From the NCBI GenBank assembly GCA_051294375.1, contig CM119268.1, forward strand, positions 18,804,615 through 18,868,614: a stretch of DNA of 64,000 nt, written 5' to 3'. The stretch comes from Paraspadella gotoi. Taxonomy: Eukaryota; Animalia; Chaetognatha. The notes under the pieces are model-generated. The model was given only the letters and a program-made list of their open reading frames with translations. It made no database searches and was not told where the DNA came from. Positions within the stretch are counted from its first letter, which is position 1; each line of letters opens with the position of its first letter. Shown piece by piece: positions 41,001 to 55,149 of the stretch. A program made the position numbers and the translations under genes.

Positions 41001-42697
41001 AAGAAAATGCGGCGTCGACGGGGAAAGAGGCATTGATCTGAAAACGACGCGGAAGTGGAGTCGGCGTCGTTGCAGGCGCCAGTTGGACGAACGTACCACG
41101 ACGAAAGCGAGCGACAACGACGACGATGCTCTTCTCGCTGACTCACCGCTCAACCGAAGTGAAAGAACATAAGGCGCCTGTTTAAACAAGAAGACGTTGA
41201 AGACGACGATTTCAGGCCGACGTGACGAAGGAATCCGACGGAAATCAAGATGGCGGAAATGAAGGTAGCTCGACGGAGGAATGTCAGACGAGGCCGGATA
41301 CAACAACGTCGGCACTTCCTCTATCGGCGCCGGAAGAATCATCAACATCAACAGCTAAATACTCCATATTAATTATTCTCCGGATTTAATGTTCGCGCTT
41401 AACTGCCATCATTCTTCCTCCGTCGACTTCATTCCTTACTGCAAAGTACGCTGGCGTCAGTTGCCGTTTCGGTAGGTTGAGTTGATGTGAGAGAATTCTT
41501 TTACAATATGGAGCTTGTTGGGAGTAAAAATATTTTTATTTTTACGTTTTTTAAACATCGAAGTACAACTTGACAATTTTTAAAAAAATATATATGAAGG
41601 TTTGTGAAAGCAGACATTGGGCGGGGTTCAATCTAGCAATGCCGACGACAGGTTTTCAATTGGTTTGATTTTCGCTTCCTTGCCACTGCAATATGCAAAA
41701 TGAGATTTAAATAATCACCGTCGGACCCCCGCCCTTGACCTCCAATTTCACCCTCGGCGATTTGATCGATCGTTCCTTTTTGCCTTCGAGATCAAAGCGG
41801 ACGGTGCATTTTTTTTTTCCGGCGCCGGAAATAAACCGAAGGCAGAAAAAGCCGATGACAAATCGTGGCGCTAATCGGCGCCGAGAAGAAAAAGAGCTGG
41901 ATGCCGAGAGCAAGCGGGAAACTGAGACCCGTGCAAGAAAGCGAGATACCGCAGCACGCAAAATATTTTTGTGTCATCAGATTCAGCTCATTTAAAAAAC
42001 AGAACGAAAGTTAAAAGTCAGAAAGAGATATATAACATGTCAACTGTATTGCTTAAAAAAATATTCGCAAAAGCCTGAGATGCGGTGAAACTGTTGATCG
42101 TGGTAACTCGAAAAAACGCAATCCGTGCGAGCGGAAAAAGCCTAAAGGCCAAAGAACGCGCGCCAAAAACTAATGGAGGCAAGAAACCGCAAAGCCTCGA
42201 AGTTGGGTTCACTGACTTTTTTTTCCCATTCGTTGTTGTCCTCGTCGGCGACTCGGGTGGATGGTGGGTGGAGAGAGGATGGTGGCGGTTGGATAAGGGA
42301 AGGGAGGGTGAAGGTGTGGGGTAGAGGCGTTGAAAAAAAAAAAAACCCTAAATATAATAACAAATCAAGGTGAGGTAGCATAGCTATTTTAGTGTAATAA
42401 AGTCTGTAGAATTCGATGATGATACCATTTTTTTGTATAGTCTCATCTCTTTGGAGGTCGGAAATGCGGCGATTTTTTTGGCAATATAAGGTGCTGTGTA
42501 ATTGAGAAACATTGTAGAGTATAAAGAACTTCAAATTATTAGATTTTTTAATGAAGGAGCATATTTAACTTACATATAATATGAAAATAAACCCATTAAA
42601 TATTTTGGTAAGATTTATTACAAATTTTAAATAATTTATTAATAGTTTTGTTAGCTATATTTATTAATTAATAATAATAAAAATTAAGCTAAAGGTG

Positions 42698-42730
<33 letters not shown>

Positions 42731-43872
42731 AAAATTTTAATTTTGAATTCCTTACAAAAAGTTTATATAAGAAAGTATGATCCTTTTAAAAAATCTTTCA
42801 TTAGTAGGTTAAAAAATATTAAAAACTATTATTTTTGTTTAATTTTTTCAATTTTGGCTTAATTTATAGTTTTTCTGAATTTCTTAATATCAACTTTTTT
42901 GCAAAGAATGCAAATCCATGAAAAAAATTTTGAAATTATTATTTTTTTAACTTTAAACCTAATTTTTACTCATATTATTTATAAATATAAGTTTAACGTA
43001 ATTTTAATAAAACATAAAATTTCGAAATAAATTTACAAAATATTTCTATAGTCTTTTATTTTTAAATTTTCAAAAGCTGCATATAAATTTTTATATCAAT
43101 TTTTAATAATTGATTTATTCATAACTTATAATGGTTTTGCTATTTTTATAAAACAATTTTAATATACATTAAACCGTTCATTTCCGACAAGAAAGAATAA
43201 AATTATACAAAAAAATGGTCATCACCATCGAATTCTACAGATACATTTACCTAAATATAGGCTATGTAACTCAATTGATTTGTTTATATTTTGTTATTTT
43301 TCAACGCTGTGGGGGAATGGGTAAAAGGGAAGTGGAAGAAGGGAAGGGAGGCGGAGGGGGAAAGGGGGAAGGGGGAAAAAGGGAAGGGAAAGGGGAGTGG
43401 GAAAGAAGGGAGGGGAGAAGGCGGAAGGGGCAGGGCGAAAGTGGAAGGGGGAAAGGGGAAGGGGGAAAGGGGGGGGAAAGGGGAAGGGGGGAGTTGAATT
43501 GGGAGAATGAATTACGTTCCTCGTCGAAGGCGATTGAACTCGACGTCGATTTGAATATCGAACTCATGACGTCGCTTCATAATCAGACACGAAGTCTAAA
43601 TAACGTAATTTATTTCTATTTCTTTGCTAAATTAATTTCTGAGGTTTATCTTTCATTGATACATAATGTAAATATTTGGTATTGATTGTATTGTATGTTT
43701 GTATTGTAAAGTTTTGGAAATGTATTGGGATCATTCTCCCTTTTTTCACAATCAGTCGTTTATCATCATCAACGTCAATATCGTAATCAATCATCTCTTT
43801 TCCTCACTTTTTCTTCCGGAGGTCGTAATCTCCCTTCTCTCATTTAAAACTTATTAAATTTAATGTTATTAA

Positions 43873-43900
<28 letters not shown>
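38100..43900 (+). repeat. Indel-rich tandem copy of ~32890-38110 (probable long-read gap-fill artefact)
   Basis: Colinear with the first copy from end to end but ~10% longer, with dense 1-2 bp insertions and garbled bursts (39661-39715, 40480-40580). Begins inside a CT run and ends beside a 25-N gap. Confidence 0.85.
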
Positions 43901-43904
<4 letters not shown>

Positions 43905-46900
43905 GCTCATCTCTCTCTCCTCTATCTCTCTCGATCGAATCTTCTCTCTCTCTCTCTCTCTCTCTGNNNNNNNNNNNNNNNNNNNNNNNNNTCTCTCTGT
44001 GTCTCTTTCTGTTTTGGTTCGTTAATGAAATTCCTTCGTGATCGCACGAATTCACGTTGTTGCCTCGTGCGACTGGTCGTGCGTGCACGCTCGTGTGTAT
44101 TTCGCCGACCAGACTTAACCACGTTGGAGCGTTGCAGCATACACTGCAACAGATCATCGCAGAATTTTTATTATTGGGTTTTTTACTAGTTTCTTTTGTA
44201 ATTAACCTTAAATTACAATCATATAGAATCGTTTTCGATTAAGATTAGTACGAAAGCTCCTGAGTCAACGCCCCTGGGGTTAACAGTTCACCCTGCGGCG
44301 CCCTTCGTAAATTCGGTTGACGGAGTTTTCACCTCTTTGTGTCACCCAGGGCTTCCCTTGTGAAAGAACTAATGAAACCAGCGGACGAAAAAAAAAATAT
44401 TCTGAAAATGAGAGGGGAAAATTGAATGAATAACGGATTTGTTTTGTCCTGAGGGCAAAACTGAGAAATTGGATCGAGATTCAACTAAGAAAAACGGTGG
44501 AATTCTAAGCAGTGCTCTTTTCAAAGACGGACTTTCTTAAAATTAACACCAACTTCCATAAAGATTTAAAAAAGTATTCTTGAAGTTAAGAAAGATGATG
44601 ACTATGACGATGATGATGATGATGATGCTGATGATGCTGATTATGATGATCATGATAACAATGAAATAGAAGGTGCTAATTCCCACGTTTTCAAAGTAAG
44701 GTCTTTCTTTTTCTTTTTCAGATTGGGAAAAAGAAATTTCCTCAGTCAAGTTGTATATTTTCTTTAATTCTTTTATTTCTTTCTTTTCTTGCCCTGGGTG
44801 AAATGGGATCGGTTGTCCTCTCCTTGACAAGTTGATCGTCGCTGAACTTCTTCTAGAAAGTTCCTTATGTTTACCTCCGTTATTGTTCTGTCAAGAGCTT
44901 TCAGTCCGGTCGCCTACCGAACTACAAATCAGGCTTCCTTCTGTTTTTTCACATTTTTATGTATTTTTAAAAAACAAATTAATTTACTGTACGATTTGTC
45001 AGTTGTTTTTCCATCAATCTATAATCTCAAGTTATTGTCTTTAGTCTGCTTTTAGGTTGATTAAAAAAAAAAACNNNNNNNNNNNNNNNNNNNNNNNNNN
45101 NNNNNNNNNNNNNNNNNNNNNNNNNNNNNNNNNNNNNNNNCACGCCGGACCGCCGGTTCCTCCCGATATTCCCGTCGGCCTCTTTTTCCAGTTTCATTTT
45201 TTACTCATCGAAAAGTCATTTCGATTCGCGTAAAAAAATGAGCCTAATTCCTACGGTTGGGCTCTCNNNNNNNNNNNNNNNNNNNNNNNNNNNNNNNNNN
45301 NNNNNNNNNNNNNNNNNNNNNNNNNNNNNNNNNNNNNNNNNNNNNNNNNNNNNNNNNNNNNNNNNNNNNNNNNNNNNNNNNNNNNNNNNNNNNNNNNNNN
45401 NNNNNNNNNNNNNNNNNNNNNNNNNNNNNNNNNNNNNNNNNNNNNNNNNNNNNNNNNNNNNNNNNNNNNNNNNNNNNNNNNNNNNNNNNNNNNNNNNNNN
45501 NNNNNNNNNNNNNNNNNNNNNNNNNNNNNNNNNNNNNNNNNNNNNNNNNNNNNNNNNNNNNNNNNNNNNNNNNNNNNNNNNNNNNNNNNNNNNNNNNNNN
45601 NNNNNNNNNNNNNNNNNNNNNNNNNNNNNNNNNNNNNNNNNNNNNNNNNNNNNNNNNNNNNNNNNTATATGCGAACGTATAAAGAATATAAATCTCAAAA
45701 GAAAAATTAATGTTATTAACTCGAACGGTTTCTATTAATAAGATTTGTTATGATCTTCATAAAGAGTGACGTTTCTGAAACCTTTTCTTAAAGTTTAATA
45801 AAAGAAGAATTTCAGTCAAATAATTTTAAATGCTTTTATTTAATAACCTGACTAACAATTTTTTCTATTTGATCCGACTTAACAAAAAAAAACAATATTT
45901 GCCTTCTTTTTCTCTCCTAGATCCCCCAGGAGAGGTTCGCCTTATTTATTTATTTTTTTTATTCGTTTCATTTTTTATTCAAATCGGATTCGTTTTTACA
46001 TTGAATCCATCGTCGGTTTTGGTCCGACCGCCCACGGAAAACTTTTCAAACTTACGAGGCGACCTCGCAATCAAAAATAGGACAAAACAATAAAGATAAT
46101 ACAAATAGAATATTACCAAAAACATGAATTTTTGCACTTATTACGTAGATTTATATATATATATTTTTTAAATTTTAGAATCATTAGCTTTTTATATTTA
46201 CTGAAACGTTGACACAACGTGTATCACAGTTTTGCCGTTGCTCTTCACCCATAACTAATGTTTAAACGCTGTAAACAAGGGCGCCAAAAAGTAATTGTAA
46301 GAATTTTTTAATGTAATTCAAAAAAATTGCGGCACTAAAGGTTCGTGGGTTATTTTACAACCTTTTCTCTCTCTCTCTCTTTCTCTCTCTCNNNNNNNNN
46401 NNNNNNNNNNNNNNNNNNNNNNNNNNNNNNNNNNNNNNNNNNNNNNNNNNNNNNNNNNNNNNNNNNNNNNNNNNNNNNNNNNNNNNNNNNNNNNNNNNNN
46501 NNNNNNNNNNNNNNNNNNCTTAACAAAACTATTTACGGTGTTAGCGCTTTTCCCTCGGATTTTCCCGTCCGTTTTGTTTTCATTCTGTTTTTTTTTCTTT
46601 TTTTTTACGCCTTCAACCGGAAAACATGTGTTAAATGTTTTTTTAACTCGTGTTCTTAAACTCAGTATGTTTAAAAAGACATTTTGAGCATGTTTCGTGA
46701 AGTTTTAAATTTTGTAAACCATTCAAAAACGTTCAAATTACGACATTGACTATTCCTAACGTGGGAACCTCTATAACTAAATAATTTATATGTAAAAAAC
46801 ACAGGAATAATTTTTTTTCACCAAATTTTGTAACTCGTCCCCAAAGCTCCGAACCCTGTTTGGTCCCGTTTCTAACCGCAGCCTTTCAAGGCCATTAACT

Positions 46901-48139
46901 CCTAAACACGCCCAAGTATTACTATTAGGGCCGCTGGGAAACAATGTTAGCGACTCTTATATTCCCCAAAATACTCTCGTCAATTCATGACTTTGTATTA
47001 ACAGATAATAGTTATAAATTATAAAGGCATTATAAGTTATTTTTTTTCTTCTGAATGAAACTCATATAAGTTAATTTTAAAAGATTAAAAATAATCTAGT
47101 TTTTATCTTATTTCAAAATGTGTTTATTTTCGTCGCGTTGAGCACAAAGGAATCCGTCTTCCCTTTGGGTGGCGTTTTCGAGAACATAAAATAAAAGAAT
47201 TGAGCAGTAAAAAAAGGGAAAAAAAATAATTACACTCAAAACAAGGAAAGTTATAAAAATACTAAGAAATAACAAGAAATAAGATAACAGACGAAAAAAA
47301 AGCAAACTTTTTGCACCGACTTCTACGCGCTAAATATAAAGTTTAAATGCGCACTCTTAAAAAGGGATATAGACAAAGAGCTAGAGAGAGAGAGAAGGTG
47401 AGGATAGTTGAGTGAAAGAGAGAGAGAGGAGGAGAGGCACCGGGTAATGCAGGAGAGAACGAGGAGGAGAGAGAGGGAAGGAGAGAGAGAGAGAGGTGGC
47501 ACGAAATAGGATGCCTCCTCTGGGCGTCTAAGAGGATTCGTCCTGATTTCTTCAGATGGAGATTCGCCGTGAATCTTGGGCTCTCTCACGTCGCTTTTCC
47601 GACTCTGTCGCCCATTGATCTTTTCGTAGTCCCGTAAAATTCGTGGCAGCTTCGAGGCTTTCAGAAAACTGAACTTGTTATTTCCAGTCAAGCTACATTC
47701 CTCTGGGAGTCTATTCACCTTCCACATACCTACGTACAATATTCAATAAATTATTATCATAGACCATCATGTGTAATAAATAACCTCTTGATCTAGTATA
47801 CTTCCTGTTTTTTCGTAAATCGTTAGAGAGATTAGTTGCTAAAAAATCTAGGCATCTTGACTTAAAAATAGAGTAAAATATCTCGGTCCGGGGTCGTCGT
47901 CGTAATCAAAGTCGTCATCTCCATTGTTTACGCGCCTTTATCGAGCGTCATCCCAGAATCATCCCTCGTCATTAGTCATCGAATAAAACTATAAAATCTA
48001 ATAATTTAATATCGAACCTCACGAAATATAATTTGAATTATGGAATTAAAATTATTTTACCAAAAATTTAAACTTCTAAACGTAAAAAAAATACAAGTTT
48101 CGTTTTATTCTATGGCGATTCCTTGTGCTATTTTTCTTT

Positions 48140-48262
<123 letters not shown>

Positions 48263-50546
48263 TCTTTATTTCCTTCTTTATTTTCATCATTTTTTATTTT
48301 CTTTCTTTGTTAATTTTTGTAATTATGGTTATATTTGAGTAAATTTTTCTGTATTTACGTATTTATGCGAATATGTATTTAGTTCTTTATTTATATTTAT
48401 AATTATTTATACATTCCTTCTATATTCTTCTTTCTTTCTTCCCCCAAATTTTCTCTTTTCTTCCTCCATCAAATCGACATTCGTCTTCTTCTCGCGTTTN
48501 NNNNNNNNNNNNNNNNNNNNNNNNNNNNNNNNNNNNNNNNNNNNNNNNNNNNNNNNNNNNNNNNNNNNNNNNNNNNNNNNNNNNNNNNNNNNNNNNNNNN
48601 NNNNNNNNNNNNNNNNNNNNNNNNNNNNNNNNNNNNNNNNNNNNNNNNNNNNNNNNNNNNNNNNNTCGTCGCCGTCGTAGTCGTCGTCGATTTGACAACC
48701 ACGAGTTTTCTTACTCAACCGTGCAATTTTTGGGTGTAGGATTAGCTTCAACTTTATCACACTAACTGGAATACGAATGCTCACAAAAATCGAAATTGGG
48801 CAGAAAATTGTGCGTCTTTTTGCACGTACGAAATCCATATGCATTCCGCAAGTAGGACGGAAAATAAAATAAAATAATATAAAATTCAGTAGAGTAAAGA
48901 GTCACGGCTGCCGATATNNNNNNNNNNNNNNNNNNNNNNNNNNNNNNNNNNNNNNNNNNNNNNNNNNNNNNNNNNNNNNNNNNNNNNNNNNNNNNNNNNN
49001 NNNNNNNNNNNNNNNNNNNNNNNNNNNNNNNNNNNNNNNNNNNNNNNNNNNNNNNNNNNNNNNNNNNNNNNNNNNNNNNNNNNNNNNNNNNNNNNNNNNN
49101 NNNNNNNNNNNNNNNNNNNNNNNNNNNNNNNNNNNNNNNNNNNNNNNNNNNNNNNNNNNNNNNNNNNNNNNNNNNNNNNNNNNNNNNNNNNNNNNNNNNN
49201 NNNNNNNNNNNNNNNNNNNNNNNNNNNNNNNNNNNNNNNNNNNNNNNNNNNNNNNNNNNNNNNNNNNNNNNNNNNNNNNNNNNNNNNNNNNNNNNNNNNN
49301 NNNNNNNNNNNNNNNNNNNNNNNNNNNNNNNNNNNNNNNNNNNNNNNNNNNNNNNNNNNNNNNNNNNNNNNNNNNNNNNNNNNNNNNNNNNNNNNNNNNN
49401 NNNNNNNNNNNNNNNNNNNNNNNNNNNNNNNNNNNNNNNNNNNNNNNNNNNNNNNNNNNNNNNNNNNNNNNNNNNNNNNNNNNNNNNNNNNNNNNNNNNN
49501 NNNNNNNNNNNNNNNNNNNNNNNNNNNNNNNNNNNNNNNNNNNNNNNNNNNNNNNNNNNNNNNNNNNNNNNNNNNNNNNNNNNNNNNNNNNNNNNNNNNN
49601 NNNNNNNNNNNNNNNNNNNNNNNNNNNNNNNNNNNNNNNNNNNNNNNNNNNNNNNNNNNNNNNNNNNNNNNNNNNNNNNNNNNNNNNNNNNNNNNNNNNN
49701 NNNNNNNNNNNNNNNNNNNNNNNNNNNNNNNNNNNNNNNNNNNNNNNNNNNNNNNNNNNNNNNNNNNNNNNNNNNNNNNNNNNTGTTTCGTTTTCCAACT
49801 CCATCTGTCGTCGTCATTGTCGTTGTCGTCGTCGTCGAAATTTCCTTTTATTTTTCTAAACAAAAGATCAGTGGCGCCTCTTCCCCATTTAGCGACCCTG
49901 ACGCTACCTGGAAGAACCCATTTTTGGGGGGGCATGGGGGCGCCGGAGAATCATCTTGGCGCCGTAGAAAAAGAGAGTCATTGTGGAAACGAAATTCGTT
50001 CCATAACGATGAAATATCTAATACATAACACTAGTAGTAAATAGTAGGAAACAGTAGTAAATCTGTCTTATTTCAAAGTATTAACATACTTTGAAAAGAC
50101 GTAATATTTAACTTTAAATTCTTCATGAATAAGCACACTCTCTCAATTTCGCCAAAAAAAAATCTTTATTCAAATCACCGTCGAAGTCAAATGGTCCGAT
50201 TCTGGCGAAGGCGGACGTCCGAAGCCAAAAACGTCGCCAATGTCACGTGACTCTTCCATTTGCACCTGAGGCCATCCGGTCTTTGGCAGCGAAGCGAACG
50301 ACTCACGTCCAAAAGGAAATTCACGCTTTTTTTTTTTTTGATGGCGATGACGCTTGTTTCTAATCTTCCATTCATTAACTCATTCATTTTTCTTTTGATT
50401 CCTTCATTCATTCATTTTTTCATTCATTCGTTAATAAATTAATTTTTCAGTATTCTCCTCCTTCTTTCTTCCTTTTTCTTTCTTTCTATTTTTCTTTGTT
50501 AAATTCTTTTTTTCTTTTTTTTTCTTCATATCTTTCTTTTTTATAC

Positions 50547-50625
<79 letters not shown>

Positions 50626-52545
50626 TGTTCTCTCTTTTCATTCTTTTGTTCCCTCGTCAGCTCATCTGTCATCCACATTACTTTTCCTCGCGAGTAATTA
50701 AAAAAATTCCGCTCCTCTGAAGATCTTTTGTTTTCTCAACAATCAAGTTCGATTCCTCCCTCGGTCGCCAGAGTGAAGAGATCGGCCATGTTATTTTGTT
50801 TACGTTTCGATTTAACCCAGCTTCGCAGAGATGTCGCCCTTAGAGTACTTTGTCCGATATCTCCATTATTCAATTGGCTTTTCACCGTCTCATCATTTAA
50901 TTGCCAAGAGACTATGCTAGAATTTATCGGAAGAAGATTATACGATGTCATCTTTTTTTCTATTTCTTTTTTGTTTGTTTGTCTTTCTTTATTTATTTCT
51001 TTTTTGTTTCTTTTTTTTTGTTTCTTTTTTTCTTTCTCTCTTTCTTTCTTTCTTTTCTCTCTTTCTTTTTTTCTTTTCTCTCTTTCTTTCCTTTCTTTCT
51101 TTTCTTTCTTCTTTCTTTCTTTTTCTTTCTTTTCTTCTTTCTTTCTTTCTTTCTTTTTTTAATTACTAAACTATGATACATATTATGCTCGTTGGGGTAA
51201 GAAGACATTTTTCCTTCGTTTCTCGTGCAGTTTTAATTTTTAAATCGTTTCATGTGACTTTTTTTATCTCCTGTGAATTAAATCGTCACGTGGACTATCA
51301 CGTGACCGTCTCGCTCCTCCATCGCTTAATGAGGCAGATGGCCGAAGTTCCGATTGCCGGCGGCAGCGATTTGCCGATCAATGAGTTTGGAAAATTGGAG
51401 GGAGAATCCAGAGGCAGGAATCAGAGAAAGAGAGAGACGAAAACTCCAAAGGCGAGATTAGAATTGAGACAGAAAGAGAGAGAGAGAGAGATGAGAGAGA
51501 AGAGAGAAGAGAGACGAGATAGAGAGATGAGAGAGAGAGACGAGAGAGGCCAAAGTGGGATCCCATAGAGCTTTTTTTATGGAGAAAGGTCAAAGTTGTC
51601 CCCTTCGATGAAAACTTCAACTTCTCTCAGTCGAGAACCAAACAATTACTTTTTTTTTCATTTTCTTTTTCTCTTTTCTTTTTCTTCTTATTTTCTTTTC
51701 TTTTCTTTTTTCTTCTTCCTTTTTTTGCCTTTTTTCTTCTTCCTCTTTAATGATTTTTCGATAAAGTTTTTTTTCTTCTGATTTTTGGAAGGAAAAGTCT
51801 CAATGTCTTCAATTGTCGTTCGTGTTTTGTCTCCAAACTAAGTAATAAAATTTAAATTAATACAGATTAGATTTTGAAATACATTTTCTGGTTGGGTTTC
51901 CGTTGTGTTAAGTTAAAATAATCACAAACTTGTGTCTTCGATTCGTGTTTTACTTATTGATTTTATATTTATTAAAATAGGATGAACTATCTTTCTTTTA
52001 ATTTTGAAGATAATATATGAAATTGATACAACCAATATAAAAAATCAATAAATAAGCTATTTTTCCCCTAACTTTTGACAGCCTTGACGATTTAAGGTTT
52101 ACCGTCCTTCTTTCAAGATGATATTTTTGATGTTATTCTATTTAGTATTTTGATTTGACCAGGGTTTTAAAAAATTGTTTCACAGTTATCTTTCTTTTTA
52201 AAAGTCTTTTTTAAGCGAGAATTGATGGATACGAATTGACTAAAACCTAATAATATTCTAAAACCCATAATGAGCAGGGGGTTCAATGTTTACCAAAGTA
52301 TTTTAACGTTATCAATTAATTAATCATTTACAAAAAGCAATTGTGAAATCGTCAACCCGTCGATTTCGCCACCAAAATCATTTCTAATACAATGAATAAT
52401 TAATTATTCCATCGATTCTTTGTTTATAACTTTTGTGCGAAGCCAATTAGCACCTAGGCCTCTTCTTCATTATTCATAATTTTAAAAATGTTTCATTCAT
52501 AATTCGAAATTCATTATTCATATCTTTCTTTTTTTTCCATTTCAG

Positions 52546-53213
52546 GTCGAAGCCTCGTCTTTAGCTCCGATCGTAGAACCGGAAAACCTTTCACCTCTCG
52601 AAGACGACGCAGGCGAGAATTACGGAAAAAGTGACGCCGTAGATGGCGCCAACTTGGTTGGCGCGAGATCAGATGGCGCCGTCACAGATGAGGTCGGTGC
52701 AAAAATCGGCGCCAATGGTAAAGCTGGTTCATCGAAGAAAGAAGGACTAAAACTGGGTGAGCTTCATTCGCCGAGCGTTAATTATTATTTTTTTATGTCC
52801 GATTATAATTTCACGGTCTTTGTTTTGTTTGTTTGTTTTGTTTGTTTTGTTTTTTTTTGTTCCAACGATTTATTTATTTCAAGTCAATTTCATAATTACG
52901 TATGTATTTAAAAGAGATTATAAATATAATTTTCTAATTGTCCTCTTTAAAATTGGAAAGAGCCAATCCAAACCTTCGCTCTCACCTTTCCCCTTTTTTT
53001 TCAGTTCTCCCCAATCCCGCGAAACCCTTAACATCCTCTTCAACGAGCACCACATCTCCCGACGACCCCCTCAACACCCCCAACGACGACCCCCTCAACA
53101 CTCCTTCCACGGAAGAACCCAAATCCCCGAGGTCTCCCGTTTCTCCGTCGGGAATTTGGTCGACGCTGAAGGGAAAGCTCAAAGTCGGGAAAGAAGACGC
53201 GACGAAAGAAACG
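52546..53213 (+). CDS. Two internal coding exons (52546-52756, 53005-53213), candidate shared exons for modules A-D
   Basis: tttcag|VEASSLAPIVEPENLSPLEDD..KKEGLKL G|gtgagc (phase 0 to 1); ttcag|(V)LPNPAKPLTSSST..SPSGIWSTLKGKLKVGKEDATKET|gtgaat (phase 1 to 0). Confidence 0.7.
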
Positions 53214-53292
53214 GTGAATGTCTTTTTCTCTCTTTTTGTCTATCTGTTTCGTTTTATNNNNNNNNNNNNNNNNNNNNNNNNNAAAGAGAGAG

Positions 53293-54512
53293 ATCATTCA
53301 TTAATAAATAAGCCTATCTTGCCCCTGACTTTGGGACAGGCTTTGGGGTTTAGGCCCTCCCATCAACTCTTACAAGATAATGACATAGCAGGTCCCTGCA
53401 AAGCTTCAAATCAAAAGACTCTTTCACAGTCTCGTTTATTCACGTCCAGAGTAACCTGGCTTCCCTATCAATGAAGTGGAAAATATTTCCAAAGAATGTT
53501 TCAATTGTATGAAAAGACCACTCCACTTAAGTAATTAGATCGGGGAATACTTATTAGTACTGCCGCACAAGCATCAAAATTACAAGGAGCTGAATTTTTA
53601 TGAAATGGGTACAACCAATAATAAAAATTATCCATTCATTTAATAAATAAGCTATCTTGCCACCATGAACTTGGACAGGCTTTGGTGGTTAAAGGCTCCA
53701 TCCATTTACAAGATAATGACATACAGGTCCTGCAATGCTTTCCAATCAAGACTCTTTCACAGTCTCGTTTATTCACTCCCAGAGTACCTGGCTTCCCTAT
53801 CCAATGAAAGTTGGAAAATATTTCAAAGAATGTTTTCAATTGTAATGAAAAGACGAACTCCCTTAAGTATAGATCGGGGAATACTTATTGTACTCCGCAC
53901 TAGCATGCAAAAATACAAGGAGCTGAAATTTTATGAAATTGGTACAACCCAATATAAAAATTAATCCATTCAGTTTAATAAATAAACTATCTTGCCCCTG
54001 ACTTTGGACAGGCTTTGGTGGTTTAAGGCCTCCATCACTCTTACAAGATAATGACATAGCAGGTCCCTGCAAGCTCTTCAATCAAGACTCTTTCACAGTC
54101 TCGTTTATTCACTCCCAGAGTACCCTGGCTTTTCCCCTATCAACTGAAGTGGGAAATATTTCAAAAGAATGTTTCAAATAGTATGAAAAGACCACTCCCT
54201 TAAGTAATTAGATCGGGGAATACTATATTGTACTACCAGCACTAGCATCAAAATCCAAGGAGCTGAATTTTATGAAATTGGTACAACAATATAAAAATTA
54301 ATCCATTCATTTAATAAATAAGCAATCTTGCCCCTACTTTGGACAGGCTTTTTTGGTGGTTTAAGGCCTCCATCACTCTTAACAAAGATAATGACATAGC
54401 AGGTTCCCTGAAGCTTTCAATTCAAGACTCTTCACAGTCTCGTTATTCACTCCCAGAGTACCTGCCTCCCTATAAATGAAGTGGGAAAATATTTCAAAAA
54501 GAATTCAATTGT
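53293..54512 (+). repeat. Tandem array, ~335 bp unit x ~3.6, containing the dispersed ~150 bp repeat
   Basis: The unit start tccattcatttaataaataagctatcttgccc recurs at ~53293, 53631, 53965 and 54302. Confidence 0.9.
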
Positions 54513-54685
54513 ATAAAATTATATTTTATTTTTAATGAGACAAAACAAATTCGTCAGGATTTCATATCATCCTTCATCATCTTCTTTCCCTCATTCTCTA
54601 TCATCTTATCCTCCCATCCCTCACATTTTCTCCTCATCCTCATCATTTTCTCCTCATCCCTCATAATCCATTTTTTTTCCATCAG

Positions 54686-55149
54686 GGCCATTCCCTCATC
54701 GCGGTCCGACCAAAGAGATCATGGCGATCCAAGAGAAGAATCGGCGCCAGCCCATACGCGCAGGGGAATACATGGTCCGACTGCAAAGCATTCCTACATG
54801 CCAGTATATCAACTTTTGGTTTGGGCGGAAAGAATTTCAAGGTGAGCCCGATGATTTTTCCTAGTTCTTTTATTTTAAGTCTGTTCATAGTCAGAGTATC
54901 TCTGTCTGTCGTCTCATTAGTCCATCTCTCCTTTTTCAATCTCCCGCACTCCAAACAACGCAATCTTCACAGTTGAGCCCGCAAGAGTAACGTCCCTGAG
55001 GGTGACGAACGCTAGGACAGACGACTGTCTCTACGGATTTATGGGCATCGACATTCCGGCGGGCTCTGGATCTGGAACGTCTTCATCGGGCCCTACTCAC
55101 ACCGAGTTTGACTTGCGAAACAACGGGTCGGTTCGCTAAGACCAAGTGA
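54686..55149 (+). CDS. Cathepsin D-like A1 aspartic protease, last two exons (54686-54841, 54973-55149), frameshifted by apparent sequencing indels
   Basis: Reading across indels gives (DT)GTSLIAGPTKEIMAIQEKIGA.PIRAGEYMVDCKSIPTLP.INFGLGGKNFK / LSPQEYVLRVTNA..TCL.GFMGIDIPAG.LWILG.VFIGPY.TEFDLRNNRVGFAKTK*. This is the pepsin-family C-terminal lobe with the cathepsin D-type GFMGIDIP..LWILGDVFIG.YYTEFD motif. Confidence 0.85.

Noticed and set aside
47323-47739. 138 aa minus-strand ORF
   Set aside because: No recognisable motif, its end runs through a CT microsatellite and no partner exons were found.
53213-54686. Fusion of the low-complexity exons to the cathepsin D C-terminal lobe
   Set aside because: A 25-N gap and a probable inversion lie between them, and the N-terminal protease lobe is missing.
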